A DNA stretch of 64,000 nt from Alphaproteobacteria bacterium (GTDB taxonomy: Bacteria > Pseudomonadota > Alphaproteobacteria > JAAXGF01). Shown here one piece after another: positions 21,144 to 30,821 of the stretch (its first letter is position 1; each line of letters opens with the position of its first letter). The notes below the pieces were generated by a model. The model did no database searches. It had not been told where the DNA came from and saw only the letters and a program-made list of their open reading frames with translations. Where the stretch lies: NCBI GenBank assembly GCA_963555825.3, contig CAUVXB020000002.1, positions 2,432,001 to 2,496,000 on the forward strand, given 5' to 3'. The position numbers were made by a program, and so were the translations under genes.

Positions 21144-22025
21144 ATGGGCGATTATCTGCTGAAACCCGATCCGGCCGATCCCCGGCTGACCAACCGGGTC
21201 ACCGGGCGCGACCACGAAGGCAACGAGGTCGAGACCTCGGTCGTCGTCGAGCGGCCGCTGACGCTCTATCTCAACGGCCAGGAGATCGTCACCATGATGA
21301 CGATCGGCGACTTTCCCGGCTATCTGGCGGTCGGCTATCTGCTGAACCAGAACATGCTGCACGCCGACGACAAGATCACCGCGATCGACCACGACGACGA
21401 GATCGACACCGTCGTCGTGCGCACCAAGCGCAAGACCGACTACGAGAAGAAGCTCAAGAAGAAGACGCTGACCTCGGGTTGCGCCCAGGGCACCGTGTTC
21501 GGCGACGTCATGGAGCGCTTCGAGGCGATCGAGTTAGACCCGAACGCCATCGTGCGCACCTCGTGGATCTACGCTCTCGCGAAGCGGATCAACACCACCG
21601 AGAGCCTCTACCTCGCGGCCGGCGCGATCCACGGCTGCGTCTTGTGCGAGGAGGACCGGCCGCTGATCTACATGGAGGACGTCGGCCGCCACAACGCGAT
21701 CGACAAGATCGCCGGCTACATGTTCCTCGAGGGGATATCGCCCAAGGGCAAGCTGTTCTACACGACCGGCCGGCTGACCTCGGAGATGGTGCTCAAGACG
21801 GTGCAGATGGAGATCCCCATCCTGATGTCGCGTTCGGGCTTCACCGCCTGGGGCGTCGAGCTGGCGCGCGAGGCGAATCTCACGCTGATCGGCCGCGCCA
21901 AGGGCAAGCGCTTCATCGCGCTCGCCGGCGACGACCGCATCGTCTACGACGCCGACACCGCCAAGGCGTGGGACGAGCCCGCCGCCATCCAGCGCAAGGC
22001 GAGCCGCGCCGACGATGCCGCGTGA
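21144..22025 (+). CDS. fdhD: Formate dehydrogenase accessory sulfurtransferase
   Basis: [33 protein letters not shown]. Confidence 0.93.
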   Translation: MGDYLLKPDPADPRLTNRVTGRDHEGNEVETSVVVERPLTLYLNGQEIVTMMTIGDFPGYLAVGYLLNQNMLHADDKITAIDHDDEIDTVVVRTKRKTDYEKKLKKKTLTSGCAQGTVFGDVMERFEAIELDPNAIVRTSWIYALAKRINTTESLYLAAGAIHGCVLCEEDRPLIYMEDVGRHNAIDKIAGYMFLEGISPKGKLFYTTGRLTSEMVLKTVQMEIPILMSRSGFTAWGVELAREANLTLIGRAKGKRFIALAGDDRIVYDADTAKAWDEPAAIQRKASRADDAA

Positions 22026-22677
22026 GGCGAACGCCGGCGTCGCCGGCGTGCTCTTGGCTGGCGGGCTGTCGCGGCGCATGGGCGGCGGCGACAAGGCGCT
22101 GCTAGCGCTCGGTGGCGAGACCATCCTGGCGCGCGTCATCGCAAGGACCAAACCGCAGGTCGCCACGTTGGCGCTCAACGCCAACGGCGACCCGGCGCGC
22201 TTCGCGGGTTTCGGCCTGCCGGTGGTCGCCGACGTGGTGGAAGGTTTCGCCGGCCCGCTCGCCGGCGTGCTGACCGGCCTCGAATGGGCCGCCGAACACG
22301 CGCCCGATTGCGCCTGGCTGGCGAGCTTCGCGACCGACGCGCCGTTCCTGCCTGCCGACCTGGTCACGGGCCTCGTGACCGCCGTGACACGCGATGGCGC
22401 CGACATGGCCTGCGCGATGAGCGCCGGGCGCCACCACCCGGTGTTCGGCCTGTGGCCGGTGCGCCTCGCGGCCGAGCTGCGCCACGCCCTGGTCGACGAA
22501 GAGGTCCGCAAGGTCGACGTCTGGACCGCGCGCTACCGCCTGGCGGTCGCCGAATTTGCTTGCCAGCCGGTCGATCCGTTCTTCAACGCCAACCGCCCCG
22601 ACGACCTGGTCGAGGCCGAGGCGCTGCTCGCGCGCCTTGCCAAGTCGGGGGCCGCGCCAAATACCAAGGATCAGTGA
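22015..22677 (+). CDS. mobA: Molybdenum cofactor guanylyltransferase
   Basis: [28 protein letters not shown]; last codons come from the MITE. Confidence 0.93.
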   Translation: MPREANAGVAGVLLAGGLSRRMGGGDKALLALGGETILARVIARTKPQVATLALNANGDPARFAGFGLPVVADVVEGFAGPLAGVLTGLEWAAEHAPDCAWLASFATDAPFLPADLVTGLVTAVTRDGADMACAMSAGRHHPVFGLWPVRLAAELRHALVDEEVRKVDVWTARYRLAVAEFACQPVDPFFNANRPDDLVEAEALLARLAKSGAAPNTKDQ

Positions 22678-22922
22678 TAAAGGCCCCTAGAGACGGCTTG
22701 CCGTGGTTCTCGGCTAGGCGCACCCGTCGCGGCGATGCAGCGCATCGCAAGGCGGGTGCAACAACGTCCGAGAGCCTCGGGAAGCCGCCCTTCGGGTCGC
22801 GGCCGCTTATCGCCGGAGGGCGTCAGGCAGCCTAGCCGATGCGCTGCATCGCCCGCGGCTCCCTTCCTACCCGGCGAAAAGCGGACGCGATCTTTAGGGG
22901 CCTTTATCACTGATCCTTGGTA
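22662..22922. mobile_element. Palindromic MITE (about 260 bp)
   Basis: TIR taccaaggatcagtgataaaggccccta / taggggcctttatcactgatccttggta; inner IR gcgatgcagcgcatcg / cgatgcgctgcatcgc. Confidence 0.85.
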
Positions 22923-22967
22923 TAAGTCTTTAGCCGCGAGGCTGCAAAAGGGAGGCGCGCATCCGCC

Positions 22968-23567
22968 GTGACGCAGACGGTGCATTCGAGCTCGGAGACG
23001 ATGTCGCTCGGCGTCGTCATCGAGCGCCGCGACAGCGACCACCGCTGGCAGACGCACAGCTGGCGCGCGGTCGGCGTGATCGCGGGCGCGCCGGCGATAG
23101 AGACGCCCAGGCTGATGCGCGAGGCCGACGGCGTCGCGCAATACCACGCGGCGACGCTAGACATCGCGCTCCATCGCACCGACACCCAGGGCTACAAACA
23201 CAACATCAGAAACGAAACCATCCCCAAGATCTTCGTCGTGCTGCGCTCGGACGAGGACGGCGACGACGACGAGGAGGACGCGCTGGAGACCGACGGGGGC
23301 GAGGCGATGCCGCGGCCCTTCTTCGTCACCGCCTGCCCCTTCGAGGCCTCGGTCTATCTCGACACCACCGCGGGTGGCGAGGTCGTCGAGCCGGTGCCGA
23401 TGCCCGACAGCGTGATCGCCTGGGTCGAAGCCTTCGTCACCAAGCACCACGTCGACGAACCATTCGTTAAGAAGAAGAAAAAGCGCTGGTTCAAGCTCCA
23501 GGAAGACGCCCACGCGCAGATGCGCGGGCCCGGCAGCGGTCCGCGCGGTAGGCGGCGCCAGGGCTGA
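22968..23567 (+). CDS. DUF3305 family protein
   Basis: LGVVIERR..RW..W, LHRTDTQGY, VEPVPMP, FVKKK; usual FDH-cluster position. Confidence 0.8.
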   Translation: MTQTVHSSSETMSLGVVIERRDSDHRWQTHSWRAVGVIAGAPAIETPRLMREADGVAQYHAATLDIALHRTDTQGYKHNIRNETIPKIFVVLRSDEDGDDDEEDALETDGGEAMPRPFFVTACPFEASVYLDTTAGGEVVEPVPMPDSVIAWVEAFVTKHHVDEPFVKKKKKRWFKLQEDAHAQMRGPGSGPRGRRRQG

Positions 23568-23569
23568 CG

Positions 23570-24235
23570 ATGACTGGCTGGGACGACGAGACTGGCCGGG
23601 ACGACGAAACATTCCTCGACCGCTGGTCGCGGCGCAAGCGCAGCGGCGGCGCCGCGCCGGTCGTCGCGCCGCCAGCAACCGAGATCGTCACCGCGACGGC
23701 GGCCGAAGCGCCGGTCGCTGCCGAGCGCCGGCGCGGCCCACCGCTGCCACACGCCGCGCGACTGCCGCGGGAAACGCCGGCCGACGAGGCGGCGCCGGCG
23801 ACCGACGAACCGGTTGCCGAGCTGCCCGACATCGATAGCCTCGACAAGGATTCCGACTACACCGCGTTCATGCGCGACGGCGTGCCCGAACACTTGCGCC
23901 GCCAAGCGCTGCGTAAGCTGTGGCTGGCGAGCCCGGTCCATTCGATCATCGACGGGCTCGACGATTACGACGATGACTTCACGCTGCAGTTCACCGACGC
24001 CGTGACCAAGAACGTCAAGTCATCGTTCCGGGTCGGCAAGGGCTTCGCCCCCGACGACGAGGCGATCGAAAAGGCCGAGGACGCGGTGGCGGATGCCGAG
24101 GCCGACGAGGCAACCGATGACGCGGCCGATGACGACGCGGAAACGCCGGCCGACGACCGGCGGCGGACCCCGGAACCCCTTGCCGAGGCAGGCGATGCGG
24201 CGGGCGACGTCGACGATCCCGACGCCACCGGCTGA
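23570..24235 (+). CDS. DUF3306 family protein
   Basis: FLDRWSRRK, LPDIDSL, ALRKLW, DGLDDYDDDF. Confidence 0.85.
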   Translation: MTGWDDETGRDDETFLDRWSRRKRSGGAAPVVAPPATEIVTATAAEAPVAAERRRGPPLPHAARLPRETPADEAAPATDEPVAELPDIDSLDKDSDYTAFMRDGVPEHLRRQALRKLWLASPVHSIIDGLDDYDDDFTLQFTDAVTKNVKSSFRVGKGFAPDDEAIEKAEDAVADAEADEATDDAADDDAETPADDRRRTPEPLAEAGDAAGDVDDPDATG

Positions 24236-24416
24236 CCGGCCGACGCCAGGGCACCGAATACGCCCGATTTCACGGCCTTTTTGAATTGACGCCAGGCGCT
24301 ATTTGCGCGATCATAGGGCCGTCGATGAGATCGAACGAAAAACCCTTTCAAATTTAGGGGTTAGCGAAGAGACGACAGTCTTGAAAAATCGCGCGTTCGG
24401 CAGGAGGGAGAGGGGT

Positions 24417-25025
24417 TTGACCCAGGACCAAGGCGACTCGGGAGGGATCGCCGAAGAAGAAACACTCAGGGCGGAGATGTATGCCCTGCTCGGTTGGCTG
24501 TTGAAGGCGCCGCCGAGCACCGAGGATCTGCGGCGCGCCGCCGCGCTTGGCGGCGACGACAGCGAACTCGGACGCGCCATCTCGGCGCTCGCGGCGACCG
24601 CCCGGGCGAGCACCTCCGAAGCCATCGACGAAGAATTTCAGACCCTGTTCATCGGCCTCGGCCGGGGCGCGCTTCTGCCTTACGGCTCGTACTACATGTC
24701 GGGCTTCCTGAACGAGAAGCCGCTGGCCAACCTGCGCATCGACATGGACGCGCTGGGCATCGGCCGCGCCGACGACATCGCCGAGACAGAGGATCATATC
24801 GCCGCGCTGTGCGACATGATGGCGGGCCTGATCACTGGCGCCTTCGGCGCGCCCGCCGAGCTGGCCGCCCAGCAGCGCTTCTTCGACGCCCACATCGCGC
24901 CGTGGGCGCCGACGTTCTTCGAGGATTTGGAAGCGGCCGCCTCGGCCGCGTTTTACATGCCGGTCGGCGCGATCGGCCGAGCGTTCATGCGGATCGAGGC
25001 ACAGGCGTTTCAGATGGCGGCCTAG
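24417..25025 (+). CDS. TorD/DmsD family Tat/molybdoenzyme chaperone
   Basis: LFIGLGRG..LPYGSYY.SGFL, ETEDHIA, FFDAHIAPW; TTG start after GGAGAGG. Confidence 0.88.
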   Translation: MTQDQGDSGGIAEEETLRAEMYALLGWLLKAPPSTEDLRRAAALGGDDSELGRAISALAATARASTSEAIDEEFQTLFIGLGRGALLPYGSYYMSGFLNEKPLANLRIDMDALGIGRADDIAETEDHIAALCDMMAGLITGAFGAPAELAAQQRFFDAHIAPWAPTFFEDLEAAASAAFYMPVGAIGRAFMRIEAQAFQMAA

Positions 25026-25095
25026 CGCCGGGGCTCGGCGAGCCCCCTAGGCGAGTTTCGCCGATGGAGTGTTTGCCACACGGAAGGGTGAGCAG

Positions 25096-25302
25096 ATGAA
25101 ACAAGGAAAAGACATCAAGTCACCGGAGCGCCGGTCCTTCATCAAGAAGGCCGGGCTCGGCGCCGGCGCCGTCGGGGCGGTTGCATTAGGCCTGCCCGAA
25201 ACGACGGCAGCAGCCGATCTCGGAACCGGCAAGACGGGCGGCAGCGGGTACCGCGAGACGGATCACGTCAAGCGGTACTACGAAATCGCCAGATCGTCAT
25301 AA
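25096..25302 (+). CDS. Small Tat-motif protein preceding FDH alpha
   Basis: ERRSFIK; GYRETDHVKRYY. Confidence 0.85.
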   Translation: MKQGKDIKSPERRSFIKKAGLGAGAVGAVALGLPETTAAADLGTGKTGGSGYRETDHVKRYYEIARSS

Positions 25303-25337
25303 GGTGAGGTTTCAACCCAAGATATAGGGAGAGGTCT

Positions 25338-28208
25338 ATGCTCACGAAACGGAGCAACGGGGTTGCAAATGGCCCCCGTTTGACCAAAGCGTTTGCTGGC
25401 GTCGTCGGCGGCGCCGTGGACCGCAGAACCTTTCTCAAGCGATCGGGTCTCACGGTCGGCGGCATCGCCGCCGCGTCGGGGCTCTCGCTCGGGATGGTCA
25501 AGAAGGCAGAGGCCCAATCGGCCGACGCCGGGGCGGTATCGATCGTCAAGACGATCTGCCCGTTCTGCGCCGTCGGCTGCACCATCGACGCCGAAGTCGT
25601 GGGAGGCGCCTGGATCGGTCAGGAGCCGTCCTGGGACAGCCCGTTCAACGCGGGCGCCTACTGCGCCAAGGGCGCGGCGGCCCGCGAGCTGGTGCTCGGC
25701 GAGCGCCGCCTGAAATACCCGATGAAGCTCGAGGGCGGCAAGTGGAAGCGGATCAGCTGGGACGACGCGATCGACCAGATCGGCGACCAGATGCTCGAGA
25801 TTCGCGAGAAGTCGGGCCCCGATTCGGTCTACTGGCTCGGTTCCGCCAAGCACAACAACGAACAGGCGTATCTGTTCCGCAAATTGTATGCGTTCTGGGG
25901 CTCCAACAACGGTGACCACCAGGCGCGTATCTGTCACTCGACCACGGTCGCCGGTGTCGCCAACACCTGGGGCTACGGCGCGATGACGAACAGCATGAAC
26001 GACATCCAGAACAGCCGGTCGATCTTCCTGATCGGCGGCAACCCGGCGGAAGCCCACCCGGTGTCGTTGCTGCACATCCTCAAGGCCAAGGAGCGGAACA
26101 ACGCGCCCTTGATCGTCCTCGAACCGCGCTTCACGCGCACCGCGGCGCATGCCGACGAGTTCGTGCGCTTGCGGCCGGGCACCGACATGGCCGTCATCTG
26201 GGGCGTTCTCTGGCATCTGTTCGAGAACGGCTGGGAGGACAAGGAGTTCATCCGCCAGCGCGCCTGGGGCATGGACCGCGTCCGGGCCGAGGTCGCCAAG
26301 TGGGCGCCCGAGGAGGTCGAACGCGTTTCCGGCGTGCCGGGCTCGCAGCTCCGCCGCGTCGCGCGGACGATGGCCAACAACCGTCCGGGCACGGTGATCT
26401 GGTGCATGGGCATCACCCAGCACACGATCGGCAACAACAACACCCGCGCGTTGTGCATCCTGCAGCTCGCGCTCGGCAACATGGGCGTCGCCGGCGGCGG
26501 CACGAACATCTTCCGCGGCCACGACAATGTCCAGGGCGCCACCGACATGTGCGTGCTGTGCCACTCGCTGCCCGGCTACTACGGCCTAAAGGTCGGCTCG
26601 TGGAAGCACTGGTGCCGCGTGTGGGACGTCGATTACGAGTGGATGCTCGGGCGGTTCGCCAGCAAGGATCTGATGTCCGCCGCCGGCTTCCCGGTGTCGC
26701 GCTGGATCGACGGTGTTCTCGAAGCCAAGGAGGACATCGACCAGCCCGATAACCTGCGCGCCATGGTGTACTGGGGCCACGCGCCGAACTCGCAAAGCCG
26801 CGGGCCGGATATGAAGTTGGCGATGGAGAAACTCGACCTCCTCGTCGTCATCGATCCGTACCCGACGACCAGCGCGGTCATGCACGACAGGACGGACGGC
26901 GTTTACCTGCTTCCGGCCACCAGCCAGTTCGAGACCTATGGCTCGGTGACCGCGTCCAACCGGAACCTGCAGTGGCGTGAGAAAGTGGTCGAGCCGATCT
27001 TCGAATCGAAGCCCGATCACGAGATCATGTACCTGTTCGCCAAGAAGTTCGGCATGGCCGATCAGATGTTCAAGAACATCAAGATCAACGACAACGAGCC
27101 TCTGATCGAGGACATCACGCGCGAGTACAACGGCGGCATGTGGACGATCGGCTACACCGGCCAGTCGCCCGAGCGCTTGCGGGCGCACATGGCGAACCAG
27201 TCCACCTTCGACAAGGTTACGTTGCAGGCGATTGGCGGCCCGGTCGACGGCGAGTACTACGGTCTGCCGTGGCCGTGCTGGGGCACACCCGAGCTCAAGC
27301 ATCCGGGCACGCCCATTCTGTACGACACGTCTAAGCCGGTGGCCGAGGGCGGTCTTTGTTTCCGAGCCCGATTCGGGGTCGAGCGCGATGGCGAGAACTT
27401 GCTCGCCGAGGGCTCGTATCCGGTCGGCTCGGAGATCAAGGACGGTTATCCGCAGTTCACCATGGCGATGCTCAAGGAGCTCGGCTGGGACGGTGACCTC
27501 ACCGATGCCGAGCGTCAAGCGATCGAGAAGGTCGCCGGCGACAAGACGAACTGGAAGACCGACCTTTCGGGCGGCATCCAGCGCGTCGCCATCAAGCATG
27601 GCTGCGCGCCGTTCGGCAACGCCAAGGCGCGCTGCTTCGTGTGGAACTTCCCCGACCCGATACCGGTGCATCGCGAGCCGCTGCGCACGCCGCGGCCCGA
27701 CCTGGTGGTGGATTATCCGACCTACGCCGACACCAGGAAGCACCGCCTGCCGCTGCTGTACAAGAGCATCCAGGATAAGGATGAGTCGAAGGAGTACCCG
27801 CTCATCGTCTCGACGGGACGTATCGTCGAGTACGAAGGCGGCGGCGACGAGACCCGCTCGAACCACTGGTTGGCAGAGCTCCAACAGGAGATGTACTGCG
27901 AGATCAACGCGTTCGACGCCAACAACGCGGGCATCCGCGATGGCGCCGACATGTGGCTCGAGACGCCGGACGGTGCAAGGCTTAAACTCAAGGCCCTGCA
28001 CACCAACCGTGTCGGTCGCGGCGTGGTCTGGATGTGTTTCAGCTGGGCCGGGCATTGGGAAGGCGAGAGCCGCAGGGACAAGTACCCCGAAGGGACGGAC
28101 CCGTTCGTCCTTGGCGAAGCGGCCAACACCGCGATGACCTACGGTTACGATTCGGTCACGCAGATGCAGGAGACCAAGGTCTCGCTGTGCCGCGTCAAAT
28201 CGGCGTAA
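25338..28208 (+). CDS. fdhA: Periplasmic formate dehydrogenase alpha subunit (Cys ligand)
   Basis: Tat DRRTFLK, CPFCAVGC..C, ARICHS, RGHDNVQG; no in-frame TGA. Confidence 0.94.
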   Translation: MLTKRSNGVANGPRLTKAFAGVVGGAVDRRTFLKRSGLTVGGIAAASGLSLGMVKKAEAQSADAGAVSIVKTICPFCAVGCTIDAEVVGGAWIGQEPSWDSPFNAGAYCAKGAAARELVLGERRLKYPMKLEGGKWKRISWDDAIDQIGDQMLEIREKSGPDSVYWLGSAKHNNEQAYLFRKLYAFWGSNNGDHQARICHSTTVAGVANTWGYGAMTNSMNDIQNSRSIFLIGGNPAEAHPVSLLHILKAKERNNAPLIVLEPRFTRTAAHADEFVRLRPGTDMAVIWGVLWHLFENGWEDKEFIRQRAWGMDRVRAEVAKWAPEEVERVSGVPGSQLRRVARTMANNRPGTVIWCMGITQHTIGNNNTRALCILQLALGNMGVAGGGTNIFRGHDNVQGATDMCVLCHSLPGYYGLKVGSWKHWCRVWDVDYEWMLGRFASKDLMSAAGFPVSRWIDGVLEAKEDIDQPDNLRAMVYWGHAPNSQSRGPDMKLAMEKLDLLVVIDPYPTTSAVMHDRTDGVYLLPATSQFETYGSVTASNRNLQWREKVVEPIFESKPDHEIMYLFAKKFGMADQMFKNIKINDNEPLIEDITREYNGGMWTIGYTGQSPERLRAHMANQSTFDKVTLQAIGGPVDGEYYGLPWPCWGTPELKHPGTPILYDTSKPVAEGGLCFRARFGVERDGENLLAEGSYPVGSEIKDGYPQFTMAMLKELGWDGDLTDAERQAIEKVAGDKTNWKTDLSGGIQRVAIKHGCAPFGNAKARCFVWNFPDPIPVHREPLRTPRPDLVVDYPTYADTRKHRLPLLYKSIQDKDESKEYPLIVSTGRIVEYEGGGDETRSNHWLAELQQEMYCEINAFDANNAGIRDGADMWLETPDGARLKLKALHTNRVGRGVVWMCFSWAGHWEGESRRDKYPEGTDPFVLGEAANTAMTYGYDSVTQMQETKVSLCRVKSA

Positions 28209-28220
28209 GGAGGTATTATC

Positions 28221-28817
28221 ATGGCACGAATGAAGTTCCTGTGTGACGCCGAACGCTGCATCGAGTGCAACGCCTGCGTTACCGCCTGTAAGAACGAGCA
28301 CGAGGTGCCGTGGGGCATCAACCGGCGTCGCGTCGTTACGCTCAACGACGGTTCGCCGGGTGAGCGCTCCATCTCGGTCGCCTGCATGCACTGCTCCGAC
28401 GCGCCGTGCATTGCCGTCTGTCCGGTCGACTGCATCTACCAGACCGAAGACGGCATCGTTCTGCATTCGAAGGACCTGTGCATCGGTTGCGGCTATTGCT
28501 TCTACGCATGCCCCTTCGGGGCGCCGCAGTATCCCCAGTCGGGGAACTACGGCAGCCGCGGCAAGATGGACAAGTGCACCTTCTGTGCGGGCGGTCCGGA
28601 GGATGACCACTCGGACGCGGAGTTCCAGAAATACGGACGCAACCGTATCGCCGAGGGCAAGTTGCCATTGTGTGCCGAGATGTGCGCGACCCGCGCCCTG
28701 CTCGGCGGCGACGGCGACATCGTCTCGAACATCTATCGCGAACGCGTCGTCGGTCGCGGTTTCGGTTCGGGCGCCTGGGGCTGGGGCACCGCGTATCAGC
28801 TCAAGGCCGGCAGCTAG
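28221..28817 (+). CDS. fdhB: Formate dehydrogenase Fe-S beta subunit
   Basis: CIECNACVTAC, CMHC..CIAVCP, CIGCGYCFYACP, KCTFC. Confidence 0.93.
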   Translation: MARMKFLCDAERCIECNACVTACKNEHEVPWGINRRRVVTLNDGSPGERSISVACMHCSDAPCIAVCPVDCIYQTEDGIVLHSKDLCIGCGYCFYACPFGAPQYPQSGNYGSRGKMDKCTFCAGGPEDDHSDAEFQKYGRNRIAEGKLPLCAEMCATRALLGGDGDIVSNIYRERVVGRGFGSGAWGWGTAYQLKAGS

Positions 28818-28836
28818 TCCGGTCTGATCGCGACAG

Positions 28837-28867
28837 CGGCAGGGACGACGTTCCGTCGTCCCTGCCG
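28837..28867. terminator. 14-bp stem-loop after fdhB
   Basis: cggcagggacgacg-ttc-cgtcgtccctgccg. Confidence 0.5.
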
Positions 28868-28969
28868 TCGGTCGCCAGTATGTGGCCGTAGCATCCTTCG
28901 TGCCGCGTCCGCAAAGGGGTGATCGCTGATTGTGTTGCGGGCGTCACGCAAAGTGCGGACATTCTAAGT

Positions 28970-29170
28970 ATGCTTATATTGAGAATCATCGCGGCGGCGC
29001 TGGCGGTTCTTCTGGTCGGCGTGATATTCGTCGCGCCGAGCACACCGCGGGGCGACGCGGGACCCGTGCTGATGTACGAGAAGGGCGTCTACCTCGGCAA
29101 GCCCGATACCGCGCCCTCTGACGAGACGCGCGATATGATACGTTCGCGCACCAATGCGCAGAAACCGTGA
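28970..29170 (+). CDS. Small exported/membrane-anchored protein in FDH operon
   Basis: N-terminal hydrophobic helix; YEKGVYLGKPD. Confidence 0.65.
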   Translation: MLILRIIAAALAVLLVGVIFVAPSTPRGDAGPVLMYEKGVYLGKPDTAPSDETRDMIRSRTNAQKP

Positions 29171-29241
29171 TTGGCCGGCCCTGAAACGGTCGCGTCGACC
29201 GGTCGGCATGGACCAAACCACAGTCGGACGAGGTCGGTAGG

Positions 29242-30429
29242 ATGAAATTGCAGTGGTCGAAATGGCGCCACGCGCTGGCGATGCTCGGACTGGCGATAGC
29301 GCTCGCCAGCGGCACGCTCGCATCGTCCGACGCCGCCTGGGCGCAGCAGGTGCCCACCTTGGCGCCGCAGGGCGGCGTGACGGGCACGGCGCCCGCCATG
29401 CCCGAGAGCGCGCAGGACAGCCTCGCGCCGCAGGGTCTCGACAGCGATTCCGATATCTGGCGCGATATCCGTAACGGCATTCAGGGCGGCGTCTCGATCC
29501 AGGACATCGCGGCCGGGCGGATGGTGCAGTCCGAGGGCGACAATTGGCGCAACATCCGCAACGGCCCGCTGGTCGACTACGGTTGGAAACTGCTCGCCGC
29601 GACGATCGCTTTGCTCGCCATCTTCTTCGCCGTACGCGGCCGCATCCGCATCGACGACGGGCCGGCCGGCACGACGATCGAGCGGTTCAACGGCCTGGAA
29701 CGCTTCGCCCACTGGCTGACCGCGGGCAGCTTCATCGTGCTCGCGCTGACCGGCCTCTACATGCTCTACGGGCGCTATCTCTTCGCCATGGATGCGGCGG
29801 GCGACGCCGGCAACTTCTCGGCCGGCCATCAGGCCTTCGCCTCGATCGCGTATTACGGCAAGCTGGTGCACAACTTCATCGGCTTCTCCTTCGCGGCCGG
29901 CGTCGTGCTGACCTTCGTCATCTGGGTCAGGCACAATTTCCCCAACAAGCACGACGTCGTCTGGCTGGCCAAGGCCGGCGGCATGCTGTCCAAGGGCGTC
30001 CACCCGCCGGCGGCGAAGTTCAACGCCGGGCAGAAAATCCTGTTCTGGATCGTTGTCTTGGGCGGCGCATCGATCGTCTGGTCGGGCGTCGCGCTGATCT
30101 TCCCGTACCAGATCACGCCGTTCGCCGAGACCTTCGCGTTGATGAACATTTTCGGCTTCGACCTGCCGACCCAGCTCACGCCGCTGCAGGAGATGCAGAT
30201 CTCGGCGGTCTGGCACGCCGCGGTCGCGCTGATCCTGATCGCCGTCATCCTCGCCCATATCTACATCGGCACGCTGGGCATGGAAGGCGCTTACGACGCC
30301 ATGGGCTCGGGCCAGGTCGACAAAAACTGGGCGCGCGAACACCACAGCGTTTGGGCTGCCGAGCACGACGGCACGGCGCCGCCGGACGGCGGTGACGACC
30401 CGGGCGACGCGCCGCAGCCCGCGGAATAG
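29242..30429 (+). CDS. fdhC: Formate dehydrogenase gamma subunit (cytochrome b)
   Basis: ERFAHW, KLVHN, KFNAGQK, WH..AHIYIG. Confidence 0.92.
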   Translation: MKLQWSKWRHALAMLGLAIALASGTLASSDAAWAQQVPTLAPQGGVTGTAPAMPESAQDSLAPQGLDSDSDIWRDIRNGIQGGVSIQDIAAGRMVQSEGDNWRNIRNGPLVDYGWKLLAATIALLAIFFAVRGRIRIDDGPAGTTIERFNGLERFAHWLTAGSFIVLALTGLYMLYGRYLFAMDAAGDAGNFSAGHQAFASIAYYGKLVHNFIGFSFAAGVVLTFVIWVRHNFPNKHDVVWLAKAGGMLSKGVHPPAAKFNAGQKILFWIVVLGGASIVWSGVALIFPYQITPFAETFALMNIFGFDLPTQLTPLQEMQISAVWHAAVALILIAVILAHIYIGTLGMEGAYDAMGSGQVDKNWAREHHSVWAAEHDGTAPPDGGDDPGDAPQPAE

Positions 30430-30445
30430 ATCGAGGCCCGCGAGA

Positions 30446-30817
30446 ATGCGCATGCCGATCCTGCTCGCGGCGCTTGCGGTTTGCGCGCTCGCCGCGTTCG
30501 CCCAGCCGGCCGCGGCGGCCATGAGCGCCGAGGCGGTCGGCGAGGCGATCGCCGCGCTCTACGGTGTCGAGGTGCAGCGCGTCGTGCCGGCCGAGGGCGA
30601 CGAAGGCGGCGCCGCCTACCGCGTGACCTTCATGAATCCGGGCGGCGACTTCAACGAGGCCTTCCAGGTCAATTCGATCCTGGTCGACGCCGAGACCGGC
30701 GCGCCGATCGTCCAGTTCCGCCACCTGCCGAGCGGCTACCGGAATTCGGACGCGGCGACATACGACACCAGCCGGCAGGGGCTCGACGTGCTCAGCGCGG
30801 GCGCCGTGCGCCGTTAG
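30446..30817 (+). CDS. Secreted PepSY-like hypothetical protein
   Basis: Signal peptide; YGVEV..Y.V...ILVDAETG. Confidence 0.65.
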   Translation: MRMPILLAALAVCALAAFAQPAAAAMSAEAVGEAIAALYGVEVQRVVPAEGDEGGAAYRVTFMNPGGDFNEAFQVNSILVDAETGAPIVQFRHLPSGYRNSDAATYDTSRQGLDVLSAGAVRR

Positions 30818-30821
30818 CGGC

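Noticed and set aside
25338-28208. Selenocysteine in FDH alpha
   Set aside because: The active site reads RICHS with a Cys codon and the ORF is uninterrupted.
26586-28610. Long antisense ORFs (also 7237-8883, 11083-12663, 57864-60074, 60740-62086)
   Set aside because: Typical stop-poor shadows of high-GC genes with no recognisable motifs.
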